From: an uncultured bacterium
Lineage (GTDB): Bacteria; Acidobacteriota; HRBIN11; JAKEFK01
Assembly: GCA_963777505.1 (NCBI GenBank)
Contig: CAVZQN010000004.1
Coordinates: 960,001 to 1,024,000, forward strand
DNA: 64,000 nt
Reading direction: 5' to 3'
Shown here: positions 40,100-51,072 of the stretch, one piece after another
How positions within the stretch are numbered: position 1 is the first letter of the stretch
How the letters are laid out: each line of letters starts with the position of its first letter
Notes under the pieces: generated by a model
What the model saw: the letters and a program-made list of their open reading frames with translations, nothing else
What the model was told of the DNA's origin: nothing
The model's database searches: none
Made by a program: the position numbers and the translations under genes

Positions 40100-41467
40100 A
40101 TGACAATTAAGTTGTTCATTTACCGTTTTTTCTTTGGGATGATGGCTTTGCTAACCAGCGCATTTGTAATGGCATCGAGCCACAGTGAAGCTCCAGGAGT
40201 CGGGCGGATACCCAGGTCCGACTGTACCGATGTTTATGCTTTTCGAAGCCCTGATGATCCAAATACAGTTACCATCATTGCCAATTACATTCCTTTAGAG
40301 GAACCAAATTCGGGACCTAACTTTTATCAGCTTGACGAACTTGGCCGCTACGAAATCAACATTGACAATAATCAAGATGCAAAAGAAGACATTAGTTTCG
40401 AATTTACATTTCAAACGAACATCAAGAATCCAAATACGTTCTTGAGTTTCCTGCCCGGAATCGATTCGCTTACAAGTGCTTCTTACAACATGGAACAAAG
40501 CTATTCTGTCGTGATGGTTCGTGGAAAGAAAAACCGTACGACTTTGACAACCGGAGCGATCGCACCTCCACCACGCGTAGGACCGGTAACAACTCCGAAT
40601 TATTCACCCCTGGCATTGAATGCAGTTTACACAGTTGGGACGAACATAAAAGTATTCGTTGGGCAACGTGATGATCCATTCTTTGCTGATCTTGCAGCGA
40701 TATTCGACGGTCTTACAATTCGCGAATTACCAGGAAATGCCGGTGGCGGTGTTGATGGTTTGGGCGGTTTTAATGTTCACTCGATTGCGATTCAAGTACC
40801 GATCGATCAACTAACCAGAAATAACACAATTCCAAGCGATCCAGCGGATCCGGCTGCGATTATGGGCTTTTGGTCCGATTCTTATTTGCCAAAAAGGATC
40901 GACGGCAATGGCGGCGGAAAATTGCGTCAGGTTTCTCGTCTTGGCTCACCGCTTGTAAATGAAGTTGTCATACCCTTAGGCGACAAGGAAAATTGGAATG
41001 CATCGGATCCGAAAAACGACGCACAATTTTTATCTTACGTTACCAATCCCGAACTAGCGACTCTACTTAATGCTATCTATGGCATCAGCGTTCCACCAGC
41101 ACCTCGAAATGATTTAGTAGAAGTCTTTTTAACAGGGGTAACAGGATTAACGAAAGATCCAAACGTAGTGCCATCCGAACAGTTGAGACTCAATGTTGCA
41201 GTTCCTGTTACAGCAACTCCGAACAGACTCGGTGTGCTGGGTGGTGATCTTCAAGGCTTTCCAAATGGAAGAAGACTCGCTGATGACATCATCGATATTT
41301 CTTTGAGAGCCGTCGCAGGTGTTCTTGTTCCGGGTTTTGATATTGCACCGAACAACCAGTTAGGGGATGGAATCGATGCAAATGATCTTCCGTTTTCCAG
41401 TACGTTTCCGTATCTGGCTGATCCGCATGATCCGTTAACACATACGCATCATCCGACACAGCCGTAG
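40100..41467 (+). CDS. DUF4331 domain protein
   Basis: ASSH.EAP, DVYAF, GQRDDPFF, VSRLG.PLVNE, GFPNGRR..DD.ID. Confidence 0.9.
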   Translation: MTIKLFIYRFFFGMMALLTSAFVMASSHSEAPGVGRIPRSDCTDVYAFRSPDDPNTVTIIANYIPLEEPNSGPNFYQLDELGRYEINIDNNQDAKEDISFEFTFQTNIKNPNTFLSFLPGIDSLTSASYNMEQSYSVVMVRGKKNRTTLTTGAIAPPPRVGPVTTPNYSPLALNAVYTVGTNIKVFVGQRDDPFFADLAAIFDGLTIRELPGNAGGGVDGLGGFNVHSIAIQVPIDQLTRNNTIPSDPADPAAIMGFWSDSYLPKRIDGNGGGKLRQVSRLGSPLVNEVVIPLGDKENWNASDPKNDAQFLSYVTNPELATLLNAIYGISVPPAPRNDLVEVFLTGVTGLTKDPNVVPSEQLRLNVAVPVTATPNRLGVLGGDLQGFPNGRRLADDIIDISLRAVAGVLVPGFDIAPNNQLGDGIDANDLPFSSTFPYLADPHDPLTHTHHPTQP

Positions 41468-41479
41468 TTGGATGTTTTT

Positions 41480-41521
41480 GAGGCCCGGCCCCGCGGATGC
41501 GGGGATCGGGGGCCGGGCCTC
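41480..41521. terminator. GC-rich hairpin between convergent genes
   Basis: GAGGCCCGGCCCC ... GGGGCCGGGCCTC. Confidence 0.55.
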
Positions 41522-41562
41522 AGTTATTCTTGCAATTCGAGGCCCGGCCTTACGCACCCCAA

Positions 41563-44454
41563 TCACCGCAAGGCCGCGCCTCGAATCGCTATTTGCAGCA
41601 ATTCTGCCAAATGCATTGCACGCCTGGATGTCGATTGCGCAATTTGTTCCCTGCAACTAAAGCCATCTGCAACGATCAACGTTTCTTCCGGCGCACTTCG
41701 AACCGCCGGCAACAAAAGTCTTTCACCAATTGAACGTGATATATCGGAGTGGTTTTTTTCGAAACCGAATGAACCTGCCATTCCGCAACAGCCAGGATCA
41801 GGCACTTCAAACTCGATACCAAGTTGAGTTAGAAGATTGGTTTCTGATTGCATTCCAAAAATGGCGCGATGATGGCAATGTCCATGAAGAATCACTTTTC
41901 GATTCACCAACGCGGATAAAGGCTGCGCATACTTTTCAAGAAAGTCTGAGAAAAGAAATGTTTGGCGTGCCAATGTTTTTGCGCGGTCATTATCTGGAAA
42001 CAGGTTCAACATTTCGTCTTTGAAAATAGCCGTACAGCTTGGCTCAATCCCGATAACAGGAATTCCTTTTTCGATCGATTCATCAAGTGACGTCAAAATT
42101 TGTTGAAGCTGTTGCTTTGCGAGCTGCAGCATCCCGTAATCGTAGAGAGGACGTCCACAGCAAAGTGGATCGGAAGGAATTTGCACATGAAAGCCGGCTT
42201 TCTCAAGTACGAAGACCGCGGCTTTGAGTGTTTCGGGATAAAAATAATTGTTGAAAGTATCAGGCCATAAAATCACTGGCCGTAATTTTTCTTGAGCCAG
42301 CGGCTGTCTCTTAAACCATTTCGTAAAGCTTTCTTTTGCGAACAATGGGATCTTCCGATCTTTCGAAATTCCGCCCAGCAATTTTACTCCTGCAGATAAA
42401 ACACTGTTTTGAGAAATATGATTGACCAGGCCGGGAGCGAATGAAGCCATCCGAGCCCACCAATGGATCAGGCCCATTGAATAGGCAGACAACGGACGGA
42501 ATCTCCCACGATAATAATGCGAAAGGAATTCTGCCTTATATGTCGCCATATCAACTTCGGCTGGACATTCTTTCTTACATCCTTTACATGCCAGACATAG
42601 ATCCAATGCTTCCTTTACATCAGGATCGCGCCAACCATTTCGCAAGACTTCACCTTGCATCATTTCAAAGAGCAAGCGCGCACGGCCGCGCGTTGAATGC
42701 TTTTCTTCCGAGGTCACCATGTAACTCGGACACATCGTTCCGCCTTCAGTTCTTCTGCACTTACCTACGCCTACACATCTCAACATTGCATGGGAAAATT
42801 TTCTGTCATCCTGCGGAAAGGCGAATTCAGTTTTAACAACAGCGGGATTATATTCAGCTCCAAGGCGGAGATTTTCATCCAACCGGTAAGGATCAACAAC
42901 TTTTCCAGGATTCATTTTTCCATCAGGATCCCAGATCGCTTTAAATTCTCGAAAAGCATCAATCAATTCAGGTCCGAACATTTTCGACAACAATTCTCCC
43001 CGCGATTGTCCATCTCCATGTTCACCGGAAAGTGAGCCGCCATACTGAATCACAAGATCTGCTGCATCGAAAACGAAAGATCGATACTTCTTGATTCCTT
43101 CTTTCGTAAGAAGATCAAAATTAAGACGCGTATGCACGCATCCCTGGCCAAAGTGACCGTAAAGTGAACCATCATATTCATAACGATTCAACAACTGTTT
43201 GAAGTCTCTAAGATACTTGCCGAGGTTTTCGGGAGGAACTGCGGCGTCTTCCCAGCCTTCCCATGTGTGAGGCTCACCAGGCGCAAAAGCCGTGGCACCT
43301 AAGGCTGATTCGCGAACAAGCCACACCTGGCTTTGCTCCTCTTTCTTTGCAAAGATTTTTGATTTCACCATGCCATGTTTTTTGAATTCCGATTCCAATT
43401 CTCCTGCTTTATCTAAAGCTTCTTTTTCGGTATCGCCGCCAAATTCTATGAGCAACCATCCGTCTCCTTCCGGAAGCAGTTCTATATTTGCAGGATGCAT
43501 GTTTTTCTTTTTCATCATTGAAATCAGATAACTATCGATTGCTTCCAATCCTAATGGCTTGAAACGAAGAATGTCAGGGACATGATCTGCAGCAGTAGCA
43601 ATATCGGAATATGCTGCTGCGACCAAAACTCTGAAAGGCGGGCTATGTACTAAATTGACTGTTGCATTTAGGACAACAACGCACGTGCCTTCCGAACCAA
43701 CAAGGGCACGCGCAACATGAAAATCATTTTCCGGTAAAAGCTGCGGTAAGTTATAACCTGAAACCCTTCGCGGGATATCCGGATAGCGTTTCCGTATCAA
43801 CTCGCTGTAGCGATCGCGCAGCAATTTTAATTTCTGAAAGATCTCGCCCTGCTGCTGTCCGTTCTGAATCCGTTTTTCGAGTCCTTCTTCGGTTGTTCTA
43901 CCCACCTTCATGCGCAAGCCGTTATAAGTGAGTATTTCTAGCTCATGAACATTTTCCTCAGTCTTCCCAGAATATACAGAATGAACACCGCAGGAATTAT
44001 TGCCGATCATTCCTCCAAGTGTGCAATGCGAATGCGTTGCCGGATCGGGTCCAAAAGTCAGACCATATTTTTCGGCAGCATTGCGCAAATGGTCCAGTAC
44101 GACACCAGGCTGTACATGAGCGATCCTTTTTTCGGGATCGATAGAGATGATTCGATTGAAATATTTTGATGTATCCAGAATGATGGCAACGTTACAGCAT
44201 TGTCCGGCTAAACTTGTTCCGCCGCCACGCGCAAGGATTGGAGCTTGATAGTGCCTGGCAACTTCGAGTGTTTTTTGAATGTCTTCTTCCGACTTTGGCA
44301 GAACGACACCGACCGGGACTTGTCTGTAGTTTGAAGAATCTGTTGCATAAAGCGCGCGGCTTCCATCATCAAAACGGACTTCACCCTGAATCGTATTTTG
44401 CAAATCGGCAGCAATCCGATTTCTAAGATCAGCTGAGTGGATAAACTCTTTCAT
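41563..44454 (-). CDS. FAD-linked oxidase with 4Fe-4S and CCG domains (YdiJ/D-2-hydroxyacid dehydrogenase-like)
   Basis: RGGGTSLAGQ, GEHGDG, CVGVGKC, CLACKGCKKEC, CCG motifs. Confidence 0.93.
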   Translation of the reverse strand: MKEFIHSADLRNRIAADLQNTIQGEVRFDDGSRALYATDSSNYRQVPVGVVLPKSEEDIQKTLEVARHYQAPILARGGGTSLAGQCCNVAIILDTSKYFNRIISIDPEKRIAHVQPGVVLDHLRNAAEKYGLTFGPDPATHSHCTLGGMIGNNSCGVHSVYSGKTEENVHELEILTYNGLRMKVGRTTEEGLEKRIQNGQQQGEIFQKLKLLRDRYSELIRKRYPDIPRRVSGYNLPQLLPENDFHVARALVGSEGTCVVVLNATVNLVHSPPFRVLVAAAYSDIATAADHVPDILRFKPLGLEAIDSYLISMMKKKNMHPANIELLPEGDGWLLIEFGGDTEKEALDKAGELESEFKKHGMVKSKIFAKKEEQSQVWLVRESALGATAFAPGEPHTWEGWEDAAVPPENLGKYLRDFKQLLNRYEYDGSLYGHFGQGCVHTRLNFDLLTKEGIKKYRSFVFDAADLVIQYGGSLSGEHGDGQSRGELLSKMFGPELIDAFREFKAIWDPDGKMNPGKVVDPYRLDENLRLGAEYNPAVVKTEFAFPQDDRKFSHAMLRCVGVGKCRRTEGGTMCPSYMVTSEEKHSTRGRARLLFEMMQGEVLRNGWRDPDVKEALDLCLACKGCKKECPAEVDMATYKAEFLSHYYRGRFRPLSAYSMGLIHWWARMASFAPGLVNHISQNSVLSAGVKLLGGISKDRKIPLFAKESFTKWFKRQPLAQEKLRPVILWPDTFNNYFYPETLKAAVFVLEKAGFHVQIPSDPLCCGRPLYDYGMLQLAKQQLQQILTSLDESIEKGIPVIGIEPSCTAIFKDEMLNLFPDNDRAKTLARQTFLFSDFLEKYAQPLSALVNRKVILHGHCHHRAIFGMQSETNLLTQLGIEFEVPDPGCCGMAGSFGFEKNHSDISRSIGERLLLPAVRSAPEETLIVADGFSCREQIAQSTSRRAMHLAELLQIAIRGAALR

Positions 44455-44557
44455 AGTTGTGACGCGATATGGTCACAAAATATGATCGCATTTTGTAACG
44501 CTTGCTTCCAGCCGGCTCTTAGGATTTACCGCAGGGACGCCGAGCAAATAGAATTAA

Positions 44558-45469
44558 CTAATCCGAATTGGCGCTTGTTTTTGGCTCACGGTACCAACGT
44601 AGTCCTGATGAATATTCCTTGTTGGTTAATTTGAGTTGAGTGAGGGAGCGTTTTGGATTGAGATGAGCGCAGGCGATCAGAATTGCATTCAGCAATGTCA
44701 TTGGCGCAGCATATGAACCAATCCACGATGGACTCACTGTGGATACAACTAAAAATGAGTCACTGTATCGCGCGATTGGTGTTGTGCTCGCATCCGTAAT
44801 TCCAAACGTTTCGACATCATTTTTCTTTGCACGGTGGACAGCTTCCACGACAACACGAAGACATTGACCGAAGCTGATAGCAATAAGCAAATCATTCTTT
44901 TTTAATACTTTTACTTTATGCTGCAAATTTCCTTCACTCCCTGATGGAGCTTCCGCATCAAGTCCAAGCGCGGTTAAACCGTACGACAGATGGTAGGCAA
45001 GGGAAGCGGCAAGATCGACGCCGACTACGAGAATTTTTCGTGAACGATGAATCGTTTTCGCTATTTCTACAACGCGATCACGATCAAGTTCGGATCGGAG
45101 TGTATTCAGATTTTCAAATGATTTATCAATACTATGATCGATCAAATCGGTAATGCTTTGTTTTCCTTCAGCCGCTGCTTTTAATGCTGTGTATGCGGTT
45201 ACACGTGTAAGGAAGTGTTGTCGGAGTTCGACAGTAAAATCAGCAAAGCCATTGTAGCCGAGAGCTTGTACAGTTCGAACAATTGTTGCTGCATCCACAT
45301 CAAAACGTTTGGCAAGTTCACGGGAGGAAAGGAAACAGGTTTCAGCGCTATTATCAAGAATCGATCGAATTAATTTCTGGCGCTGCGGGCCGAGTCGCGA
45401 ACGAGCCGAAATAAAACGCTTTTCCAGGGTGGAATAATTATTTGTTTTTGAGTCTGCCTTGCGTGCCAT
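44558..45469 (-). CDS. MurR/RpiR family transcriptional regulator
   Basis: N-terminal HTH (ELAK...ATIVR...LGYNGF) plus SIS domain. Confidence 0.92.
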   Translation of the reverse strand: MARKADSKTNNYSTLEKRFISARSRLGPQRQKLIRSILDNSAETCFLSSRELAKRFDVDAATIVRTVQALGYNGFADFTVELRQHFLTRVTAYTALKAAAEGKQSITDLIDHSIDKSFENLNTLRSELDRDRVVEIAKTIHRSRKILVVGVDLAASLAYHLSYGLTALGLDAEAPSGSEGNLQHKVKVLKKNDLLIAISFGQCLRVVVEAVHRAKKNDVETFGITDASTTPIARYSDSFLVVSTVSPSWIGSYAAPMTLLNAILIACAHLNPKRSLTQLKLTNKEYSSGLRWYREPKTSANSD

Positions 45470-45610
45470 TATACGGATACATCAAGAATAACATACACCA
45501 AGAGGGGCATGCAATAAGTATTGCATGTTTGTGGATAGCGCAATATTTGTTGTTTTTTAACACCGAAGACTCAAAGCGGCAAAGATGTAAACTATGACCA
45601 GGAGAAATAA

Positions 45611-46621
45611 ATGGAGCGAAATGCTTTAGCTTATGATGATGTTCTTTTGATCCCTTCATACAACCACTACGAATCTCGAAAAACTGTGTCGCTCGCAATG
45701 ACTGACCGGACCGGAAAACTGAGTCTGGAGCTTCCGGTGTTCACATCCAATATGGATACGATTACAGAACATAAGATGGCGAATTTTATCGCCAATTATG
45801 GCGGAATCGGTGTTCTTCACCGCTACATGTCGATTGAAAGAAATGTTCAAGAATTTAATAAGGTAGATGCGAATGTTTTTGTATCTGTTGGCACAGGTCA
45901 GAAAGAGGTTGAACGGGCCGAAGCATTACGGGATGCTGGCGCTTCTTATTTTTGTATTGATGTTGCGCATGCACATGCAAAATATGTCGGACGCGTTTTG
46001 AAAGAGCTACGAGATATGCTTCCAGATGCCTGCATCATGGCTGGAAATGTAGCAACGTATGCTGGTGCTGATTATCTTGCTTCGCTAGGAGCCGACATTA
46101 TCAAAGTTGGAATCGGAGCCGGTTCTGTATGTACGACACGGCTTAAAACTGGATTTGGTGTGCCAATGCTCACAGCAATTCAAGAGTGTGCTCGCGTTGA
46201 TCGCTCCATTGTTGCGGATGGCGGAATTCGCATGCCGGGAGATATGGTAAAAGCTATAGCATTTGGAGCAGACTTTGTAATGATTGGCGGAATGCTTGCG
46301 GGAACAAAATCAACGCCGGGTGAGGTCATCAGCAAAGAAAATGGAACGAAGGCGAAGATTTATCGCGGCATGGCAAGCCGTGAAGCACAGGAAACATTTC
46401 TTGGACCGATGCCTGATTGGAAAACCGAGGAAGGTGTTACAACCGAAGTTGAGTTTCGTGAAGATGAAGAAGCGATCATTGCCGATATTATCGGTGGTCT
46501 GCGGTCGGGTCTAACTTACGGCGGGTCAAAAAATATTCCAGAGCTCAAACGGAAATTGAACTACGTTCTGGTCTCTCAAGCTGGGGTTATCGAAAGCTTT
46601 CCACACAAACTGCTAAAATAG
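45611..46621 (+). CDS. GMP reductase / IMPDH-family enzyme without CBS domains
   Basis: [33 protein letters not shown]. Confidence 0.88.
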   Translation: MERNALAYDDVLLIPSYNHYESRKTVSLAMTDRTGKLSLELPVFTSNMDTITEHKMANFIANYGGIGVLHRYMSIERNVQEFNKVDANVFVSVGTGQKEVERAEALRDAGASYFCIDVAHAHAKYVGRVLKELRDMLPDACIMAGNVATYAGADYLASLGADIIKVGIGAGSVCTTRLKTGFGVPMLTAIQECARVDRSIVADGGIRMPGDMVKAIAFGADFVMIGGMLAGTKSTPGEVISKENGTKAKIYRGMASREAQETFLGPMPDWKTEEGVTTEVEFREDEEAIIADIIGGLRSGLTYGGSKNIPELKRKLNYVLVSQAGVIESFPHKLLK

Positions 46622-46629
46622 TTCGGTAT

Positions 46630-46730
46630 ATTGCAAATTGTACGATTGCAAATTGCAAATTTTATGATTGTTATGGACATTTGGAGCCAAGTTTAAAATC
46701 GTACAATTTACAATTGTACAATCTGCAATA
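46630..46730. repeat. Inverted heptamer arrays (ATTGCAA)n / (TTGCAAT)n-like
   Basis: attgcaa attgtacg attgcaa attgcaa ... aatcgtac aatttac aattgtac aatctgc aat. Confidence 0.65.
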
Positions 46731-46794
46731 ACAAGTTTCCTCGATCATCATTTCAAACAATTCGGCGTATAAAGATAACCGCAAAGACGCAAAA

Positions 46795-46851
46795 GGAGCA
46801 GGCAAGATGCCTGCGGCTCTTAATGCGGACAAGGATGTCCGCGCTCCGTAA
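46795..46851. repeat. REP-like elements (second family)
   Basis: GCAGGCAAGATGCCTGC and GCGGACAAGGATGTCCGCGCTCC. Confidence 0.7.
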
Positions 46852-46882
46852 ACCTTTTTGCAATTTCAAACGTCTATCAGTA

Positions 46883-46930
46883 TTGACACCATATATGATT
46901 AAGGAATATATTGCTATGACATATATGTCA
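46883..46930 (+). promoter_or_regulatory. Sigma70-like promoter and putative PadR operator
   Basis: TTGACA-N18-TATATT; palindrome TGACATATATGTCA at 46917-46930. Confidence 0.55.
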
Positions 46931-47269
46931 ATAACAGTATTTAGTCGTGAATTAAAGAAAGGAAACGCCGAACTATTGATCCTTTCATTGATAGAACAAC
47001 GTCCGCGTCATGGGTATGAAATCAGCAAGCTGATTGAATCCCGTTCCAGGGGTGCGCTGAAATTTAATGTCGCATCTTTTTATCCCTTACTCTACAGGCT
47101 GGAACAACGCGGCTTAATTCAGGGGCGCTGGGTTGAAAAAGCGAATGAAAGGCGCAGGCGGTATTACAAGTTAACAACGCAAGGCAAAAAGATGCTGAAG
47201 GAACAGCGCAGCATCTGGCGCGATTTTGTTGAAGCGATGAATCAAATTACTGGAGCGGAACATGCATAA
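46916..47269 (+). CDS. PadR family regulator (acidobacterial type)
   Basis: LKKG..ELLIL, HGYEI, YPLLYRLE..GLI, RRYYKLT; start at 46916 or 46925. Confidence 0.92.
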   Translation: MTYMSITVFSRELKKGNAELLILSLIEQRPRHGYEISKLIESRSRGALKFNVASFYPLLYRLEQRGLIQGRWVEKANERRRRYYKLTTQGKKMLKEQRSIWRDFVEAMNQITGAEHA

Positions 47270-50018
47270 TTGGCGAAAAGAAATTCAACCGTTTCTTGAA
47301 AAACTAAAACTGGATCCAGCTCGCGAACTCGAAATTGTTGAAGAACTAAGCCAGCATCTGAACGATAAATATGATGAACTTCAGAAAAGTGGATCTACCG
47401 CCGAAGCAGCCTACAAGACGGTCGTTGAAGATTTAAGCGCTGGAAAGCTCGCGGAAGAATTGCATCGAATATTACGAGCAAAACCCGATCAAATCGTGCT
47501 TGGTGAACAATCGAATGAGAGCTGGTTTTCCGGTATTGGTAAAGATCTGAGATATGGTTTACGTCTCTTACGATTGAATCCAGGTTTTGCGATCGTTGCA
47601 ATCCTTTCGCTGGCGCTTGGAATCGGTGCTAATACTGCTATTTTTCAATTATTGGATGCAGTGCGTTTGCGCAACTTACCGGTGAAAGATCCGCAGGAGC
47701 TTGCCGTTGTTCGAATTAACAACGCAACTGCCGGACGCACCGGCTCTTTTAATGGCTATCATTCGGATCTTACCAATGCACTCTGGGAAAATTTGCGCGA
47801 TCAACAGCAAGCTTTTTCAAGCATGGGTGCATGGTTTACAACACGACTGAATCTCAGCGAACGTGGAGAAGCTCGATACGCACAGGTCATGTATGTTAGC
47901 GGTCAATATTTCAACACACTTGGTGTTCAACCACTTCTCGGCCGTCTGATTTCCGAAGCCGATGATAAGCCCGGCTGTTCCGGCTCACAAGCTGTGATTA
48001 GCCATTCATTTTGGCAGCGTGAATTCGGTGGATCTCAATCCGTTCTTGGAAAAGGTATACGGCTGGAAGGTCATCCGTTGGAAGTGATCGGAGTTACACC
48101 ATCGAAGTTTTTTGGGACGCAAGTTGGACACAATTTTGATATTGCAATTCCAATCTGTGCGGACAGTATTATCACGCAAGAAGATCCACGGATCGGAAAC
48201 AATCAAGCCTGGTGGCTTGCAGCAATCGGACGTCTGAAGCCAGGCTGGACAATCGATCGGGCTTCTGCGCAGCTTGCTACAATTTCTCCTCAAATCTTTG
48301 CAGCAACAGCTCCCGCGAAGTACGATCCAGTCGATCGGAAAAACTATCTTGGTTTCAAATTCGGCGCATTGCCAGCGAGTACAGGACTTTCTAATCTTCG
48401 CAAAGATTACGAAAAACCACTTTGGTTGCTAATGGGAATTGCAGGATTAGTGTTGTTGATTGCCTGCGCAAATCTTGCGAACTTGATGGTCGCTCGCGCA
48501 AGTGCACGTCAGCGCGAAATGGCCGTTCGACTTGCGTTGGGTGCATCGCGCAAAAGATTAGTTCGCCAATTGCTGGCAGAAAGTTTGATGCTTGCAGCAA
48601 TCGGAGCGTTGTTTGGTGCTGCGATAGCTCAGGGTGTTAGCCGGGTTCTTGTGTCATTCTTGAGCACTGAACGGACTCCTCTCTTTTTGAATCTTCAACC
48701 TGATTGGCACATGTTCCTTTTCACAGCAGGACTTACAGTCTTTACCTGTATCTTGTTCGGATTGACGCCGGCAATTCAAGCGGCGCGGACTCCACCCGGC
48801 GAAGTGATGAAAGCTCACAGTCGTGGTTTAACTGCTGCTCGATCCCGATTCGGTTTGCGCAGAACTCTGGTTGTGTCACAGGTTGCACTTTCTCTCGTGC
48901 TGTTGATCAGCGCACTTTTATTTGTTGGTACATTCCGAAATCTGTTAACTGTTGATGCAGGCTTTCAACAAGATCAAATACTGGTCAGCATGATCGATTT
49001 TTCGCGTCTAAAATTACCAGTTGAAAATCGTGCTGCATATAAAAAGGAAATGCTTGAGCGCGTTCGTTCGCTTCAAAATGTGGATGCAGCTGCCGACGTA
49101 TCGATTGTTCCATTGTCTGGAAATGGTTGGAATGAAAACATTAACGTTCCTGGATCCAATGTTCAGCGGCAAATTGCGAATTTTAATCAGGTTACTTCGG
49201 GATATTTCCAAACAGTTGGAACTGCACTTCTAGCAGGCCGTGATTTTAATAACAACGACACGCCAACTTCTCCAAAGGTCGCCATTGTGACAGAAACTTT
49301 TGTGCGTAAGTTTTTCAATGGCGCGAATCCTGTTGGAGCAACATTTTCAAAAATTCAAGGTGGAGATACTCCGGTTACATATCAAATCGTCGGCCTTGTG
49401 AAGGAATCGAAATACAGTACTCTACGCGAAGATTTTAATCCGCTTGTTTATCTTGCCGAATCACAAGAGGAGCGTCCCTATCCGGAGCTGCAAATTATGG
49501 TGCGATCCAATGAACCGTTGCCTTCCGTGATCTCATCCATTAAACAAGCGTCGTTGGAAATGAATCCCAACAATGTAGTTCGATTTCGAATTTTCCGAAC
49601 CTTGATCCGGGAAGGTTTATTGCGCGAACGATTAATGGCTTCGCTATCAGGATTTTTTGGATTGCTTGCTGCCATTCTTGCGATGACCGGTTTATATGGC
49701 GTGATTTCATATATGGTTGCTCGGCGGAAGAATGAAATCGGAATCCGTATCGCACTGGGTGCAAATGAACGGAGCATCCTTTCAATGATCTTGCGTGAAG
49801 CGGCTACGCTGCTTGGAATCGGTCTTGCAATTGGAACTGTGTTAGCCGTTGTTGCGGGTGCTGCTGCAAAAGCATTGTTGTTTGGATTGCAACCAGGTGA
49901 TCCAACAACGTTGCTGATCGCTGCAGCAGGTCTTGCTGTGGTTGCAGTTACAGCGAGCTTCATTCCTGCATGGCGTGCAGCAAATTTGAATCCGATGTTG
50001 GCGTTGCGGGAAGAATAA
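47262..50018 (+). CDS. ADOP duplicated ABC-type permease (MacB/FtsX domains)
   Basis: DLRYGLR...GIGANTAIF, CANLANL, RLALGA, QVALSLVLL, EIGIRIALGA, P..ALREE. Confidence 0.95.
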   Translation: MHNWRKEIQPFLEKLKLDPARELEIVEELSQHLNDKYDELQKSGSTAEAAYKTVVEDLSAGKLAEELHRILRAKPDQIVLGEQSNESWFSGIGKDLRYGLRLLRLNPGFAIVAILSLALGIGANTAIFQLLDAVRLRNLPVKDPQELAVVRINNATAGRTGSFNGYHSDLTNALWENLRDQQQAFSSMGAWFTTRLNLSERGEARYAQVMYVSGQYFNTLGVQPLLGRLISEADDKPGCSGSQAVISHSFWQREFGGSQSVLGKGIRLEGHPLEVIGVTPSKFFGTQVGHNFDIAIPICADSIITQEDPRIGNNQAWWLAAIGRLKPGWTIDRASAQLATISPQIFAATAPAKYDPVDRKNYLGFKFGALPASTGLSNLRKDYEKPLWLLMGIAGLVLLIACANLANLMVARASARQREMAVRLALGASRKRLVRQLLAESLMLAAIGALFGAAIAQGVSRVLVSFLSTERTPLFLNLQPDWHMFLFTAGLTVFTCILFGLTPAIQAARTPPGEVMKAHSRGLTAARSRFGLRRTLVVSQVALSLVLLISALLFVGTFRNLLTVDAGFQQDQILVSMIDFSRLKLPVENRAAYKKEMLERVRSLQNVDAAADVSIVPLSGNGWNENINVPGSNVQRQIANFNQVTSGYFQTVGTALLAGRDFNNNDTPTSPKVAIVTETFVRKFFNGANPVGATFSKIQGGDTPVTYQIVGLVKESKYSTLREDFNPLVYLAESQEERPYPELQIMVRSNEPLPSVISSIKQASLEMNPNNVVRFRIFRTLIREGLLRERLMASLSGFFGLLAAILAMTGLYGVISYMVARRKNEIGIRIALGANERSILSMILREAATLLGIGLAIGTVLAVVAGAAAKALLFGLQPGDPTTLLIAAAGLAVVAVTASFIPAWRAANLNPMLALREE

Positions 50019-50034
50019 CTTTGTGCCATTGCGG

Positions 50035-51072
50035 TTAGTCGACCTCGATGTACGCAAAGTTGGCTGTTGTATTTGAAACCTGAAATCCAATTGTACCGGA
50101 TGATACGGGTCCGCCTGCAGCCACTGTGAAAATCGAAACTCCATCAACAAGCACCGTAAAGTTGGATCCATCAAACGTGATGCGAATCACATAAGGTGTA
50201 TTTGGCAAGAGTTGAATCGGCCCGTTCTTTTTGGCAACAATTTGTCCAGCAATGCGTTGCTTGAACACGACGCTGTTTTTGCCTTCTCGAATCAGCAATT
50301 CAATCCGGTTCTTTTTATCTTCATGCCACCCGAAAATCCAGACTTTGCTGGTAAGCCCACCGGCTGTTGATACACTTGTTTCCACGAAGCAATTGAGACA
50401 GCCAGTAAATGGTGTTGCGAGTGCGATGGCTTTTTTGCCTTGCGGCACTCCATTTAAGTTGCCTCCGGATTCCGTCCATGTTGGCTTTTCGAAAGTCCAC
50501 AACGGCAAAACATTGTCTGCGAAGTCATCACAAAATAAACATCCAGGCGGTGGAGGTGTCGAAGATGTAAATTCATCTGCGCCAATGTCGTAATCGGATC
50601 CTTGCGGACGCGTCTCCCCATCAAAATCATTTGTAACGGCAGCCAGCAAAGGCGCTTGATCGATTGCATCAGTGGCCGTTGATTGCAAGTGCAGATTTGC
50701 GGAGGCAGCATTCACAAACATTCCAGAAGTTGCAGAAAGATAATTGCCACTCATCGTTGCGGTGCCGCCATTGCGGAAATTGATTCCCAAATCAGCAAGA
50801 TTGTTGCGCGCTTCTCCTCCTGTTGTCACAAAACGAAATTCAATCGAATGAAAAATATTTGAATTGAGCAGAAATGTATTGTGAAAGACTTTTGTATTTG
50901 GTGAATCCCAAATGATGAACGCGCCATCCGAACTTGCTTTTCTTGCAGCAGTCATTAATCCCGGTTCAAGATAAACAAAATTATTGCGTATCGTTCCGCC
51001 GCTATGATCCGATCCGGAAATATCCTGCAAACCATATGAAATCGCACGATCAACATTAATAAATGTATTGCG
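50035..51072 (-). CDS. Frameshifted C-terminal part of the beta-helix protein (DIGADE motif plus shared C-terminal domain)
   Basis: Removing one base at ~51074 gives TLTE-RNTFINVDRAISYGLQDISG. Confidence 0.75.
   Translation of the reverse strand, partial: RNTFINVDRAISYGLQDISGSDHSGGTIRNNFVYLEPGLMTAARKASSDGAFIIWDSPNTKVFHNTFLLNSNIFHSIEFRFVTTGGEARNNLADLGINFRNGGTATMSGNYLSATSGMFVNAASANLHLQSTATDAIDQAPLLAAVTNDFDGETRPQGSDYDIGADEFTSSTPPPPGCLFCDDFADNVLPLWTFEKPTWTESGGNLNGVPQGKKAIALATPFTGCLNCFVETSVSTAGGLTSKVWIFGWHEDKKNRIELLIREGKNSVVFKQRIAGQIVAKKNGPIQLLPNTPYVIRITFDGSNFTVLVDGVSIFTVAAGGPVSSGTIGFQVSNTTANFAYIEVD

Noticed and set aside
45611-46621. Assigning guaB or guaC
   Set aside because: IMPDH and GMP reductase cannot be separated reliably from motifs alone.
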